A stretch of 64,000 bases of DNA from Vicinamibacterales bacterium (GTDB lineage Bacteria; Acidobacteriota; Vicinamibacteria; Vicinamibacterales; UBA8438): contig OZ241898.1 in NCBI GenBank assembly GCA_965203525.1, positions 862,164-926,163 on the forward strand, in the 5' to 3' direction. The stretch's first letter is position 1; each line of letters begins with the position of its first letter. Below the pieces are notes generated by a model. It was not told the DNA's origin and did not search any database. It was given only the letters and a program-made list of their open reading frames with translations. Of this stretch, positions 8,583 through 17,607 are shown one piece after another. The position numbers and the translations under genes are program-made.

Positions 8583-8951
8583 CTACCTCGCCCACTCACG
8601 CGCCTGCTTTCTCATCTCCTCGCGGGTCAGTCCCAGGATCTCCGCGGCGCGCCCGAGCGAGATGCGCTGTTCTTCGACCGCCCGCCGCACGAGCCGCGGC
8701 AGGCGGTCCTCCGGGAAATCGTGCCGGGAAAGCCCCGCGGGTTCTCCCGGGGTGACCAGCTCGCCGACCGGCGCGGCGAGGGCCGCCGCCAGATCGGAGA
8801 GGGTCCGCGCCCGCGGCACGACCGTCCCGCGCTCGATCTTTCCGAGCGCCATCCGCGAGATGCCGGCCCTGGCGGCAAGCTGATCCTGCGTCAGTCGCCG
8901 CTCCAGACGCAGCCGGGCGATGTTGGCGGCGATGCGGGCGGCGTCGGCCAT
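8583..8951 (-). CDS. XRE-family HTH protein, probably an internally deleted XRE-ImmA/IrrE (M78) gene
   Basis: RBS GGGAGG. HTH_3 'IARLRLERRLTQDQLAARAGISRMALGKIERG' is joined almost directly to the tail 'LVRRAVEEQRISLGRAAEILG' typical of XRE-M78 proteins. No HExxH motif. Confidence 0.65.
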   Translation of the reverse strand: MADAARIAANIARLRLERRLTQDQLAARAGISRMALGKIERGTVVPRARTLSDLAAALAAPVGELVTPGEPAGLSRHDFPEDRLPRLVRRAVEEQRISLGRAAEILGLTREEMRKQAREWAR

Positions 8952-9157
8952 CGGTGCCTCCCTCGTTGACGGCGCCGCCACGATAGCATCATTTCTACAA
9001 CTTTTGGAATTGGTAAATCATCTGCCGACGACGAAACACGGGCGCCCGGCCTGTCCACCCGACGCTCGACTCCGGCGCGGTTCGACATGCTGCCGGCTGG
9101 CGGGGACGGCGGTCTGCCGTGCGTCACCGGCGGCACTTGGCGATGAGCGCGCGCACG

Positions 9158-9376
9158 TCACGGCCATTCGCGCCGGCGGTGGCGCTCGTACTGCAGGCCA
9201 TCGAGGTTGCGGTCTCGCCAGAGGCCGAAAACGTCGTCGCCGTCGCGCACGTGCCGCGCATCCAGGTAGTCGGCGACGGCGCGGCGGATGACCTCGGCGC
9301 GGGACACACCCTCGCGCCGGCAGACGTCGGCCAGTTGCCGCAACTGCTCCTCGGGAAGTTCTATGACCGTCCGCAT
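9158..9376 (-). CDS. CopG/RHH VapB-type antitoxin (orphan)
   Basis: MRTVIELPEEQLRQLADVCRREGVSRAEVIRRAVADYL...FGLWRDR..DGLQYE..RREW has a ribbon-helix-helix pattern and a VapB-like tail. No intact PIN gene follows. Confidence 0.75.
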   Translation of the reverse strand: MRTVIELPEEQLRQLADVCRREGVSRAEVIRRAVADYLDARHVRDGDDVFGLWRDRNLDGLQYERHRRREWP

Positions 9377-9410
9377 GGCATGTGACGTCGGCGTATGGTG
9401 ACGAAATCGT

Positions 9411-9710
9411 ATGTTCCGGGGGCGCCGGGCGGCAAGCCGCTGGAGCGCGGTGGTGGTGGTGGTGGCGGCGGTGGTGGTCACGTTGATCGTGACGCTGATC
9501 GGGCAGCGCATCGACGACACCAACCGGCGCATCGACGATGCGAACCGGCAGTTCGAGGCGAGCCGGGAGGCCATCGAAGCGAACCGGCGGGCCATCGAGG
9601 CCAACCGGGAAGCCATCGAAGCCAACGGGCGGCGCATCGACGAGCGGTTCGACGCGCTGCAGGCCCTGATCCTTGAAGCGCTCGAAGCGCGCCGCGCACA
9701 GGCCGACTAG
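9411..9710 (+). CDS. Small membrane-anchored coiled-coil protein
   Basis: Hydrophobic stretch AVVVVVAAVVVTLIVTLI followed by heptad repeats (RIDDxNR, AIEANRx). Confidence 0.6.
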   Translation: MFRGRRAASRWSAVVVVVAAVVVTLIVTLIGQRIDDTNRRIDDANRQFEASREAIEANRRAIEANREAIEANGRRIDERFDALQALILEALEARRAQAD

Positions 9711-12094
9711 CCGCGGCGTCGGCGTCGTGCCATAGCCTTTCGAATGTCGCGGGCAACCTCCTCGACCTCCCGCGCCACCCGCGACTCGATTCCGAGCTCC
9801 CGTTCCAACGCTACCAGGAGAGGCTGCAGCAGCGTTGCGGAACGCGACCCCGCGATCAGATCGTGCATGCGCTCCGGCCCGAGCTTGACGCTGAGGTTCA
9901 CGAGGGCTTCGATAGCCCCCCCGGGCAGCGTGTCGAGTTCCGGGAGGATCGCGAGACTCGCCCCGACGTCCTGCTCGCCCGCCGATCGGTCCCCTTCCGC
10001 AAGAGCCGCTGCCGCCCGAATCAGATGGCCGAGCCAGCGGTGCCGCCACTTGGCGCCGCACCGATCGAGCAACTGGTCAACGGTCTGGATGGCTGCCTTG
10101 AACTGCTGGCCTGCGACCTCCAGATGTCCCTTGAAGAGGCGAGCATCTGCAACAATCTCGACTAGGCCCGGCGCCCGACTCGTCCCGAAGCGGCGCACCA
10201 CCTCGTTATACGCCGCCAGCGCATCATCCGGTCGTTGCAAGGTGTCGAGGGCGAGTCCCTTGTTGATGAGTGCGTTCGCGACCATATCCTGAAGAGCAGG
10301 CGTTTCGCTCATCTCAAGGCGGAGCACCTCGTCGCACACTGCCACCGCATCATCCGGTCGTTGCAAGGCACGCAAGGCACTCATTTTGTTTACGAGTGCC
10401 TTCGCGACTGCTTCCTGAAGAACCGGCGTTTCGCTTTTTCCGAACCGGCACACCATTTCGTCGCACGCTGCCACCGTATCATCCGGCCGCTGCAAGGCAA
10501 AGGAGATAACCCCTTTGTTGAAGAGCGCCATCGAGACATTTTCCTGAAGAACCGGCGTTTCGCTCGTTCCGAAGCGACGCACCACATCGTCGCAGGCGGC
10601 TATCGCGTCGTCCGGCCGCTGCAGATTGTGCAGTATGGCCCCCTTGTTGACGAGTGCCTTTGCGACCCACTCCTGAATAGCGGGATCCTCGCTCTCTCCG
10701 AACAAAAGCACCATTTCCTCACACGCGGCCAGGGTCTTCTCGTCAGGCGTTTCCGATTCGGACAGTATGATCCTCGTCTTGCAGAGCTTCTCGGCCGCCC
10801 GCCGAAATTCCGCGGGCATCTTCTTCTTCATCGACTCCATCAACCGTGCAAATGCGGTTTGGTGGAGCGCCTGCGTCTCCGGGTCCGGGCGAACGATATC
10901 GCTGACCATGCGCGCGCCGATGTCCATCAATTCACGCGGCGAATAGTACGACTCCATGAAACGGACAAGGGCTTCGACGAGATGGTCCGGTCCACGCCGG
11001 CGGCGCAGCAGGTAGTAGATGTTGTACAAGCGCTCGGTCAGGTAGTACCGCTTGCGTCTGGCGCTGCCGCCCGCTACCTGGACCACGCCGCGCTCGCCGA
11101 GACGTGCGAGCTGGGCGCTGCACTGGCTGGGGTCGAGCCGGGCGTGCTCCGCGACTTCCCGCGCGGCGGCCGGCTTCCACAGCGCGGCGAGCGCGAGATA
11201 GACGCGGCGTTCCTGCGCGGGGAGCGATTCGAGATGGTTCTTGAAGTATTCCGTGTGATCGTCGACCAGATCGAGCAGATCGGCCATCAGCTCCCGGAAC
11301 GACCGCCCGGCGCCGAAGCGGGCGACGATCGCGATCAACCGCGGACTGCCGCCGGTGAGGATTTCCAGCGAACGCACCGTTTCGCGCGCGACGGGGCGGT
11401 CGGCCGCCGCTTCCCAGAGCACGGCGCACTGGTCCGTGTCGAGCGGGCGCAGCGTGCGGACTACGAAAAGGTCGTACAGGGCGCGGTCCGGGCTGTCGAT
11501 CTCGTCGAAGCGGCTGGTCGCGCTCGCGAACAGGATGATTCGCGGTTCGGTCTGCAGGACCTTCCGCAGCCGCCAGCCCGCGTCCCGGTCCGCCATGTCC
11601 CTGAACAGCATGTTCAGGTTCTCGACCAGCAGCAGGAGCCGCTGGCCGCGCCGGTCCGCGAAATCCAGCAGCGCGCCGAGACAGCGTTCGCCCAGATCCC
11701 GGTCGTCGCGGATGGCGCGCAGCTCGCCGACGGTGCGGTCGAGGTCGGCCTCGTCTTCCCGATACGGCGCCGCCTGGGCGGCCAGGTGCGTCAGGCACTC
11801 CAGCCAGAACTCTCCCGCGGAGGAGACCTCGTAGCTCTCTTCCGGGAAGACGACCGGGAAGCAGTGCGCGGCCAGCGCGGCGTCCCGGCGCGCCTCGGCC
11901 GCGACGCGCAGCAGCAGGCTCGTCTTCCCGCTGCCGCGCGGACCGATCACGATCTGGTGCGGATTCGAAGCTCCGGTGCACTCGCGCAGGTTCTCGACGA
12001 GCATTTCGAACTCCGTCGTTCGTACGCAGAACGACGCCACCAGCTCGTCGTCGGTGAGGAAACCGGGGTTGTACTTGCGAATGGAAACGGCCAT
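9707..12094 (-). CDS. P-loop ATPase (STAND-like) - winged HTH - TPR protein
   Basis: Walker A GPRGSGKT, Walker B-like LLLLVEN, GxP motif TGGSPR, wHTH 'LPAQERRVYLAL...AREVAEHARL', and about four ~44-aa TPR-like repeats (VAKALVNKG...QRPDDA.AACD.VV.RFG.SETP). Confidence 0.8.
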   Translation of the reverse strand: MAVSIRKYNPGFLTDDELVASFCVRTTEFEMLVENLRECTGASNPHQIVIGPRGSGKTSLLLRVAAEARRDAALAAHCFPVVFPEESYEVSSAGEFWLECLTHLAAQAAPYREDEADLDRTVGELRAIRDDRDLGERCLGALLDFADRRGQRLLLLVENLNMLFRDMADRDAGWRLRKVLQTEPRIILFASATSRFDEIDSPDRALYDLFVVRTLRPLDTDQCAVLWEAAADRPVARETVRSLEILTGGSPRLIAIVARFGAGRSFRELMADLLDLVDDHTEYFKNHLESLPAQERRVYLALAALWKPAAAREVAEHARLDPSQCSAQLARLGERGVVQVAGGSARRKRYYLTERLYNIYYLLRRRRGPDHLVEALVRFMESYYSPRELMDIGARMVSDIVRPDPETQALHQTAFARLMESMKKKMPAEFRRAAEKLCKTRIILSESETPDEKTLAACEEMVLLFGESEDPAIQEWVAKALVNKGAILHNLQRPDDAIAACDDVVRRFGTSETPVLQENVSMALFNKGVISFALQRPDDTVAACDEMVCRFGKSETPVLQEAVAKALVNKMSALRALQRPDDAVAVCDEVLRLEMSETPALQDMVANALINKGLALDTLQRPDDALAAYNEVVRRFGTSRAPGLVEIVADARLFKGHLEVAGQQFKAAIQTVDQLLDRCGAKWRHRWLGHLIRAAAALAEGDRSAGEQDVGASLAILPELDTLPGGAIEALVNLSVKLGPERMHDLIAGSRSATLLQPLLVALERELGIESRVAREVEEVARDIRKAMARRRRRG

Positions 12095-12098
12095 CGCG

Positions 12099-13352
12099 TC
12101 ACGCTCCGGACCGCGGCACGCGCTTCTCGACGGAAACGAAGTGCCGTCCGTGGCGGGCGCGCCACCAGTCTTCCAGCAGCCCCGACACGAAGCGGTAGCC
12201 GTCCTGCTGCGCTTCCAGATACCCGTCGTGCTCGAGCACGCGGAGCACGTCTTCGATCGGGACCGTGCCGGCCGCCCGGTTCCGGAAGTAGTCGCGGTAC
12301 CGATCGATGGCGCCGTGCTTCAGTACGCCGCGGTTCGCCGCCGCTTCGGTCAGCAGGTCGAGCGCGTCGCGACAGCCCTCCGGTCCGAGGACCAGCTTCA
12401 GCCGGCTCTCGTAGTGGTCCATGTCCGCCTGTCCGCGCACGCCGAGCATTTCGGCCGTGTAGACGCGCGCGACGTCGGCGGGCGTTGCGCTCCGCGTGCC
12501 GGCCAGGCGCAGGTCTTCGTCCAGGCTGTCGAAGAAGCGCTGCACGTGGTGCGGCACCAGGCACCGCAGCCGGCGGCACATTTCCTGGCGCGCGGCGAGG
12601 GGCAGGTCGAGGCCGCGGCCTTCGGCGAGCGCGGCGAGACAGTCCAGGGCGGTCTGCTCGTTCCAGGGCTTCAGATCGAAGGGCGAGAAGATGTTCGCGT
12701 GGGCGCTGAGATTCGCCTGCCGCAGGATCGGTTCCAGGCCCACGCTGCCGGAGGCGATCAGGCATATTCTGCCCCGGTGTTCCTGGCCGTTCCGGCGCAA
12801 CCAGCTCAGGAACTCGTCGACGGCCCGCTTCCCCTCCGGTGTGATGCGGTAGTCGTCGTCCTTCAGCATCCGGTTGACGAGGATCGGCAACTCGTCGATC
12901 GCCAGCACGACCGGCCGATCGCTCTCGGCCAGAGCGGCGAAGACCTCGTCGCCTTTCTGCCGCCAGCTTCCGGCGTCGATTCCCGCCCGCAGCTTCACGC
13001 GCACCTCGGCGACGGACACCGTCTCGATCCGCTCGCCGACGTTGGCGAACAGGGACTTGATTCGGGACCACGCGCGCTGCGCAGGCTGCGACTGAAACGC
13101 GATCTCCGCAACGGCGTCCGCCGCGGAGCCGGCGTCTTCCAGATCGACGAACACCGTCTGGAAGTCGCCGTCGGCCGACAGGCGGCGCAGCAACTCCCGC
13201 ACCAGACTCGTCTTGCCCATCCGCCGTTGCGCGGTCAGCAGCGTGTGGGTCCCGTTGCGCACCCGGTCCGCGAGCAGGTCGAGCTCGGCCTGCCGGTCGA
13301 AGAAGCGCTCTCCCTCGACCCAGTTCGACCCTGCCTTTTTCAACCCCGCCAT
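12099..13352 (-). CDS. P-loop ATPase (AAA/archaeal-ATPase-like)
   Basis: FFDRQAEL, Walker A TAQRRMGKT, Walker B LAIDELP. Ends 4 bp upstream of the ATPase-TPR gene. Confidence 0.8.
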   Translation of the reverse strand: MAGLKKAGSNWVEGERFFDRQAELDLLADRVRNGTHTLLTAQRRMGKTSLVRELLRRLSADGDFQTVFVDLEDAGSAADAVAEIAFQSQPAQRAWSRIKSLFANVGERIETVSVAEVRVKLRAGIDAGSWRQKGDEVFAALAESDRPVVLAIDELPILVNRMLKDDDYRITPEGKRAVDEFLSWLRRNGQEHRGRICLIASGSVGLEPILRQANLSAHANIFSPFDLKPWNEQTALDCLAALAEGRGLDLPLAARQEMCRRLRCLVPHHVQRFFDSLDEDLRLAGTRSATPADVARVYTAEMLGVRGQADMDHYESRLKLVLGPEGCRDALDLLTEAAANRGVLKHGAIDRYRDYFRNRAAGTVPIEDVLRVLEHDGYLEAQQDGYRFVSGLLEDWWRARHGRHFVSVEKRVPRSGA

Positions 13353-13375
13353 GGCTGGCCTCCCAACAACACTGC

Positions 13376-13551
13376 TGCCATCGATTCCGTTGCCATCGAT
13401 TCCGTTGCCATCGATTCCGTTGCTATCGATTCCGTTGCTATCGATTCCGTTGCCATCGATTCCGTTGCCATCGATTCCGTTGCCATCGATTCCGTTGCTA
13501 TCGATTCCGTTGCTATCGATTCCGTTGCCATCGATTCCGTTGCCATCGATT
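13376..13551. repeat. 15-bp tandem repeat (TGCYATCGATTCCGT), 11 full copies + partial
   Basis: Directly visible. The only variation is C/T at position 4. Confidence 0.97.
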
Positions 13552-13821
13552 TTGATGGCAAACGAATGAGGAAGTCAAGCCGCGCGGCGCGTCCCTCCTC
13601 GGGACCGCGCCGGTCCGTTCCCCGGGATGCGGTCCAGCCCGGTGATGCGGACCGGCTCGACGTCCGGTCGGGCGTCGATGCCGCTCCCGGGCCGGACGGG
13701 TAGAATGGCGCCGGCATCAGGAACCCGTGACCAGGACCGACCGGCGGCTGCCGACCCGCGTCGTGCTGCGCAACTGCAAGAGCATCGTCTCGACCGCCGA
13801 AGGCCGCGGAGAGACGCCGGC

Positions 13822-16800
13822 ATGACGCTGCTGCGCGACCTGATCGACGTCCCCGAGCGGGTCCACCGCGACGACTTCGTCCTGCGCCTGTCGGAGGGGG
13901 TGGACCGGCCGGAGGAGACGCTTCGCGACTACGTGGTGACGCCGCAGCTCGCCGGCGCCTTCGACCGGGCGCTCCACCTGATCCGGGCCGCGCTCGACTC
14001 CGGATCGAGCAAGGCGGCGTACCTGCACGGGAGCTTCGGCAGCGGCAAGAGCCACTTCATGGCGGTGCTGCACCTGCTGCTCCAGCAGCACCCGGCGGCC
14101 CGCGCCGCCGAGGGGCTCGAAGCGGTCGTCACCCGCCACGACGACTGGCTCGCGGGCCGCCGGTTCCTTCTGGTGCCGTACCACCTGATCGGCCAGCCGA
14201 GCTTCGAGGCGGCGGTGCTGGGGGGCTACGCCGCCCGGGTCGCCGCGCTCCATCCGGACGCGCCGGCGCCGGGCGTCTACCGGGCGGAAGGGCTGTTCGC
14301 GGACGCCCGCCGCCTGCGCGCGCAGCTCGGCGACGAGGCCTTCTTCGCGCAGCTCGACGGCGCCGGGCGGCCCGCCGGCGCCGGCGGCGGCTGGGGCGAT
14401 CTGGCCGGGCGGTGGGACGCGGCGGGCTTCGAGGCGGCGCTCGCGGCGCCGGGGGACGCCGAGGCGCGCGGCCGGCTGGTCGGGGCGCTGGTCGACGCCT
14501 TCTTCCGGAGCTACCGCGACGTGGTGCGGGGGAGCGGGGCGGCGTTCGTGCCGCTCGACGACGGGCTGGCGGTCATGGCCCGGCACGCGCGCGATCTCGG
14601 CTACGACGGGCTGGTGCTCTTTCTGGACGAGCTGATCCTGTGGCTCGCCACCCACGCCGCCGACCTGGCGTTCCTGAACGCCGAGGGTCCGAAGGTGTCG
14701 AAGCTGGTGGAGGCGGAGGCGGCCGGCCGGCCGATCCCGATCGTCAGCTTCGTGGCGCGGCAGCGCGACCTGCGGGAGCTGGTGGGGGAGCAGGTGACGG
14801 GGGCCGAGCAGCTCGGCTTCGCCGACGTCCTGCAGTGGTGGGAGGCGCGCTTCGAGCGGATCGTGCTGGAGGACCGCAACCTGCCGGAGATCGCCGCCCG
14901 GCGGCTGCTCCGCCCGCGCAGCGACGCGGCGCGCGAGGCCGTCGACCGCGCCTGGGCCGACACGGAGCGGGTCCGGCGGGAGGTGTTCGAGACGCTGCTG
15001 ACGCCGCGCGCCGACCGCGCCACGTTCCGGCGGGTGTATCCCTTCAGCCCGGCGCTGGTGGAGACCCTGATCGCTGTTTCCGGGCTCCTGCAGCGGGAGC
15101 GGACCGCCCTGAAGGTGATGCTGCAACTGCTGGTGGAGCGGCGGGAGACGCTCGCCCTGGGGGAGATCGTCCCGGTGGGCGATCTGTTCGACGCGATCGC
15201 CGAGGGGGACGAGCCGTTCACCGAGGGGATGCGGCACCACTTCGAGCACGCCCGCGGCCTCTACCGGCGGAAGCTGCTGCCGCTGATCGAGCGCCAGCGC
15301 GGCGTCACGAAGGCGGAGGCGGCGGAGCGGCCCCCGGACGACGGCGCGGCGCGCGCCTTCCGCGCCGACGACCGCCTCGTCAAGACGCTGCTGCTCGCGG
15401 CGCTGACGCCGGAGGTGGAGGTGCTGAAGCACCTGACCGCGACCCGGCTGGCGGCGCTCAACCACGGGTCGATCCGGACGCCGATCGAGGGGCGGGAAGG
15501 GCAGGAGGCGCTACGCCGCTGCCGCGCGTGGGCGGCCGAGGCCGGCGAGGTCCGGATCGGCGACGATCCGGCCGATCCGACCATCGCGCTGCAGCTTTCG
15601 GCCGTCGACACCGAGGGGATCCTCGCCAACGCGGACCGCCACGACAACTCCGGGAACCGCCGGCGCAAGGTCCGCGAGGTCCTGTTCGCCGAGCTGGGCG
15701 TCGAAGACCGCAACGAGCTGCTGCTGCGCCACGCGATCGAGTGGCGCGGCGTCGAGCGCGGCTTCGAGCTGATCGTCGCCAACGTGCGGGAACTGCCGGA
15801 CGAGTCGCTGGCGACGCGGGGCGACGGCCGGAAGGTGATCGTCGACTTCCCCTTCGACGAGCCGGGCCGCACCCCGGCCGACGACGCCGCCCGCCTGGAC
15901 GCCTGGCGCGAACGCGGGGACCGGGCGCGGACGCTGGTCTGGCTGCCGTCCTTCCTGAGCGCGGCGGCCCAGCGCGATCTCGGCACGCTGGTGAAGATCG
16001 ACCACCTGCTGGCGGGTGAGCGGCTGCGCGACCACGCGGCGCACCTGTCGCCGGTGGACCGGGCGTCGGCGCGCGAGATCCTGCGGAGCCGGCAGAACCA
16101 GCTCCGGCAGCGTCTGGCGCGCCATCTGGAGGAGGCCTACGGCGTGGAGACGCCCGCGTCCGGATCGGTCGAGCCGGGCCACGCCCCGGCGGCGCGTTTC
16201 CGGTCGCTCGATCCGGCGTTCGATCCCCGGCCGCCGGCGCGGGCGAACCTGCGCGAGGCGTTCGCGGACCTGCTCGGCCAGATGTGCGCCAGCCAGTACC
16301 CGGGGTGTCCGGAGTTCGGCGCTCCGCTCCGGCCCGCCGCCCTGCGACGGGTGCACGAGCAGGTGTCGCGGGCGGTGCAGGCGCCCGAAGGGCGGGTCGC
16401 CGTCGACAAGCCGCTCCGCCCCCTGATGACGCAGATCGCCGTCCCCTTGCGGCTCGGCGAGATGGGGGAGACCCACTTCGTCATCGGCCGCCACTGGTTC
16501 GCCTGCTTCGACCGTCTGGACGAGCCGCTGACGGTGGCGAAGCTGCGCGCGGCGATCGACGAACCGCGGCGGACGGGGCTGCCGGACGCGGCGCGCAACC
16601 TCGTCCTGCTGGTGTACGCGGATCAGGCGAACCTCGCGTTCCGGCGGCACGGGGGGCCGTGGCGGGCGTCGCTCGACGACCTGCCGGACGACCTGGAGCT
16701 GCGCGCGGAGGAGCTGCCGGCGCCCGACGTCTGGGAACGGGCCGTGGACTGCGCCGGGCGCGTGTTCGGGGTGGCGGCGTCGCCGCTCCGCAACGCGCGC

Positions 16801-17607
16801 AACGCGGGCGCGCTCGCCGACGCGCTCGACGAAGTCGCGGCGCGCGCCGGCGACTGCGACGCGCTGGCCGCGCGGCTGGCGGACGTGACCGCGGAACTCG
16901 CCGTCGCCGGGACCGACGCCCGCCGCCTCCGCACGGCGCGCGCGACCGCCGCCCTCGTCCGCTCGCTGGGCGCCCGGCGCGGGGCGGCGCGGGTCGCCGC
17001 GCTGGCGGAGGTCGAGGCGGAGACGTCCTGCGAGGCGATGGCCAGGAGCTTCCGCGGGGCGCAGCAGATGCGGGAGGCGCTCGACCGGACCAAGTGGGCG
17101 CTCTTCGCATCGATCGCGCGGCTGACGGACGCCCGCGCGGACGCCGCGCAACGTCTCCGGCGGGAGCTGGCCGAGGCGGTGGCCGCGGACGAATACGTGG
17201 CGCCGCTCGCTCAGCGGCTCCCGGCGCTCGAAGACCGGGCGATCGCCCTGCTGTCCGCTCCGCCGGCGCCGGTTCCTCCGCCGGAACCGCGGACACCCCC
17301 GCCGCCCGCGCCGCCGGGCGGTCCGCCGCCGGTGACGCCGGCGCCGGATCCCGGCGTCGCGCCGCCGCGGCGCACGTCGGACAGGAACGCGCCGTCCGCA
17401 CGGGAGTACCCCCCGCACCCCGTTGCAGGCGGCGTGCCCGATCGCCCGCCGGACGGAAGCGTGGCGGTCGCGCCGGAAGGCGCCCGCGAGGAGCTGGATC
17501 TCGATCGGCTGCGGACCGTGACGGCGGGTCTGGAGGCGCTGCTCGCCCGCGACCCCGCCGCGCGGATCCGGATCAGCTGGAAGGTCCGGGGCGGGGAGAA
17601 TCCGTGA
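13822..17607 (+). CDS. pglY: BREX type 2 ATPase PglY
   Basis: MTLLRDLIDVPERVHRDDFVLRL start, Walker A HGSFGSGKSH, LFLDELILWL, SFVARQRDL, YPFSP, LQRERTALK. GTGA overlap with pglZ. Confidence 0.92.
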   Translation: MTLLRDLIDVPERVHRDDFVLRLSEGVDRPEETLRDYVVTPQLAGAFDRALHLIRAALDSGSSKAAYLHGSFGSGKSHFMAVLHLLLQQHPAARAAEGLEAVVTRHDDWLAGRRFLLVPYHLIGQPSFEAAVLGGYAARVAALHPDAPAPGVYRAEGLFADARRLRAQLGDEAFFAQLDGAGRPAGAGGGWGDLAGRWDAAGFEAALAAPGDAEARGRLVGALVDAFFRSYRDVVRGSGAAFVPLDDGLAVMARHARDLGYDGLVLFLDELILWLATHAADLAFLNAEGPKVSKLVEAEAAGRPIPIVSFVARQRDLRELVGEQVTGAEQLGFADVLQWWEARFERIVLEDRNLPEIAARRLLRPRSDAAREAVDRAWADTERVRREVFETLLTPRADRATFRRVYPFSPALVETLIAVSGLLQRERTALKVMLQLLVERRETLALGEIVPVGDLFDAIAEGDEPFTEGMRHHFEHARGLYRRKLLPLIERQRGVTKAEAAERPPDDGAARAFRADDRLVKTLLLAALTPEVEVLKHLTATRLAALNHGSIRTPIEGREGQEALRRCRAWAAEAGEVRIGDDPADPTIALQLSAVDTEGILANADRHDNSGNRRRKVREVLFAELGVEDRNELLLRHAIEWRGVERGFELIVANVRELPDESLATRGDGRKVIVDFPFDEPGRTPADDAARLDAWRERGDRARTLVWLPSFLSAAAQRDLGTLVKIDHLLAGERLRDHAAHLSPVDRASAREILRSRQNQLRQRLARHLEEAYGVETPASGSVEPGHAPAARFRSLDPAFDPRPPARANLREAFADLLGQMCASQYPGCPEFGAPLRPAALRRVHEQVSRAVQAPEGRVAVDKPLRPLMTQIAVPLRLGEMGETHFVIGRHWFACFDRLDEPLTVAKLRAAIDEPRRTGLPDAARNLVLLVYADQANLAFRRHGGPWRASLDDLPDDLELRAEELPAPDVWERAVDCAGRVFGVAASPLRNARNAGALADALDEVAARAGDCDALAARLADVTAELAVAGTDARRLRTARATAALVRSLGARRGAARVAALAEVEAETSCEAMARSFRGAQQMREALDRTKWALFASIARLTDARADAAQRLRRELAEAVAADEYVAPLAQRLPALEDRAIALLSAPPAPVPPPEPRTPPPPAPPGGPPPVTPAPDPGVAPPRRTSDRNAPSAREYPPHPVAGGVPDRPPDGSVAVAPEGAREELDLDRLRTVTAGLEALLARDPAARIRISWKVRGGENP

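Noticed and set aside
13376-13551. Possible CRISPR array or MATES/AIDSV repeat protein
   Set aside because: No spacers, unit only 15 bp, no cas genes. The repeat-containing ORFs are out of frame with the adjacent ATPase and lack other support.
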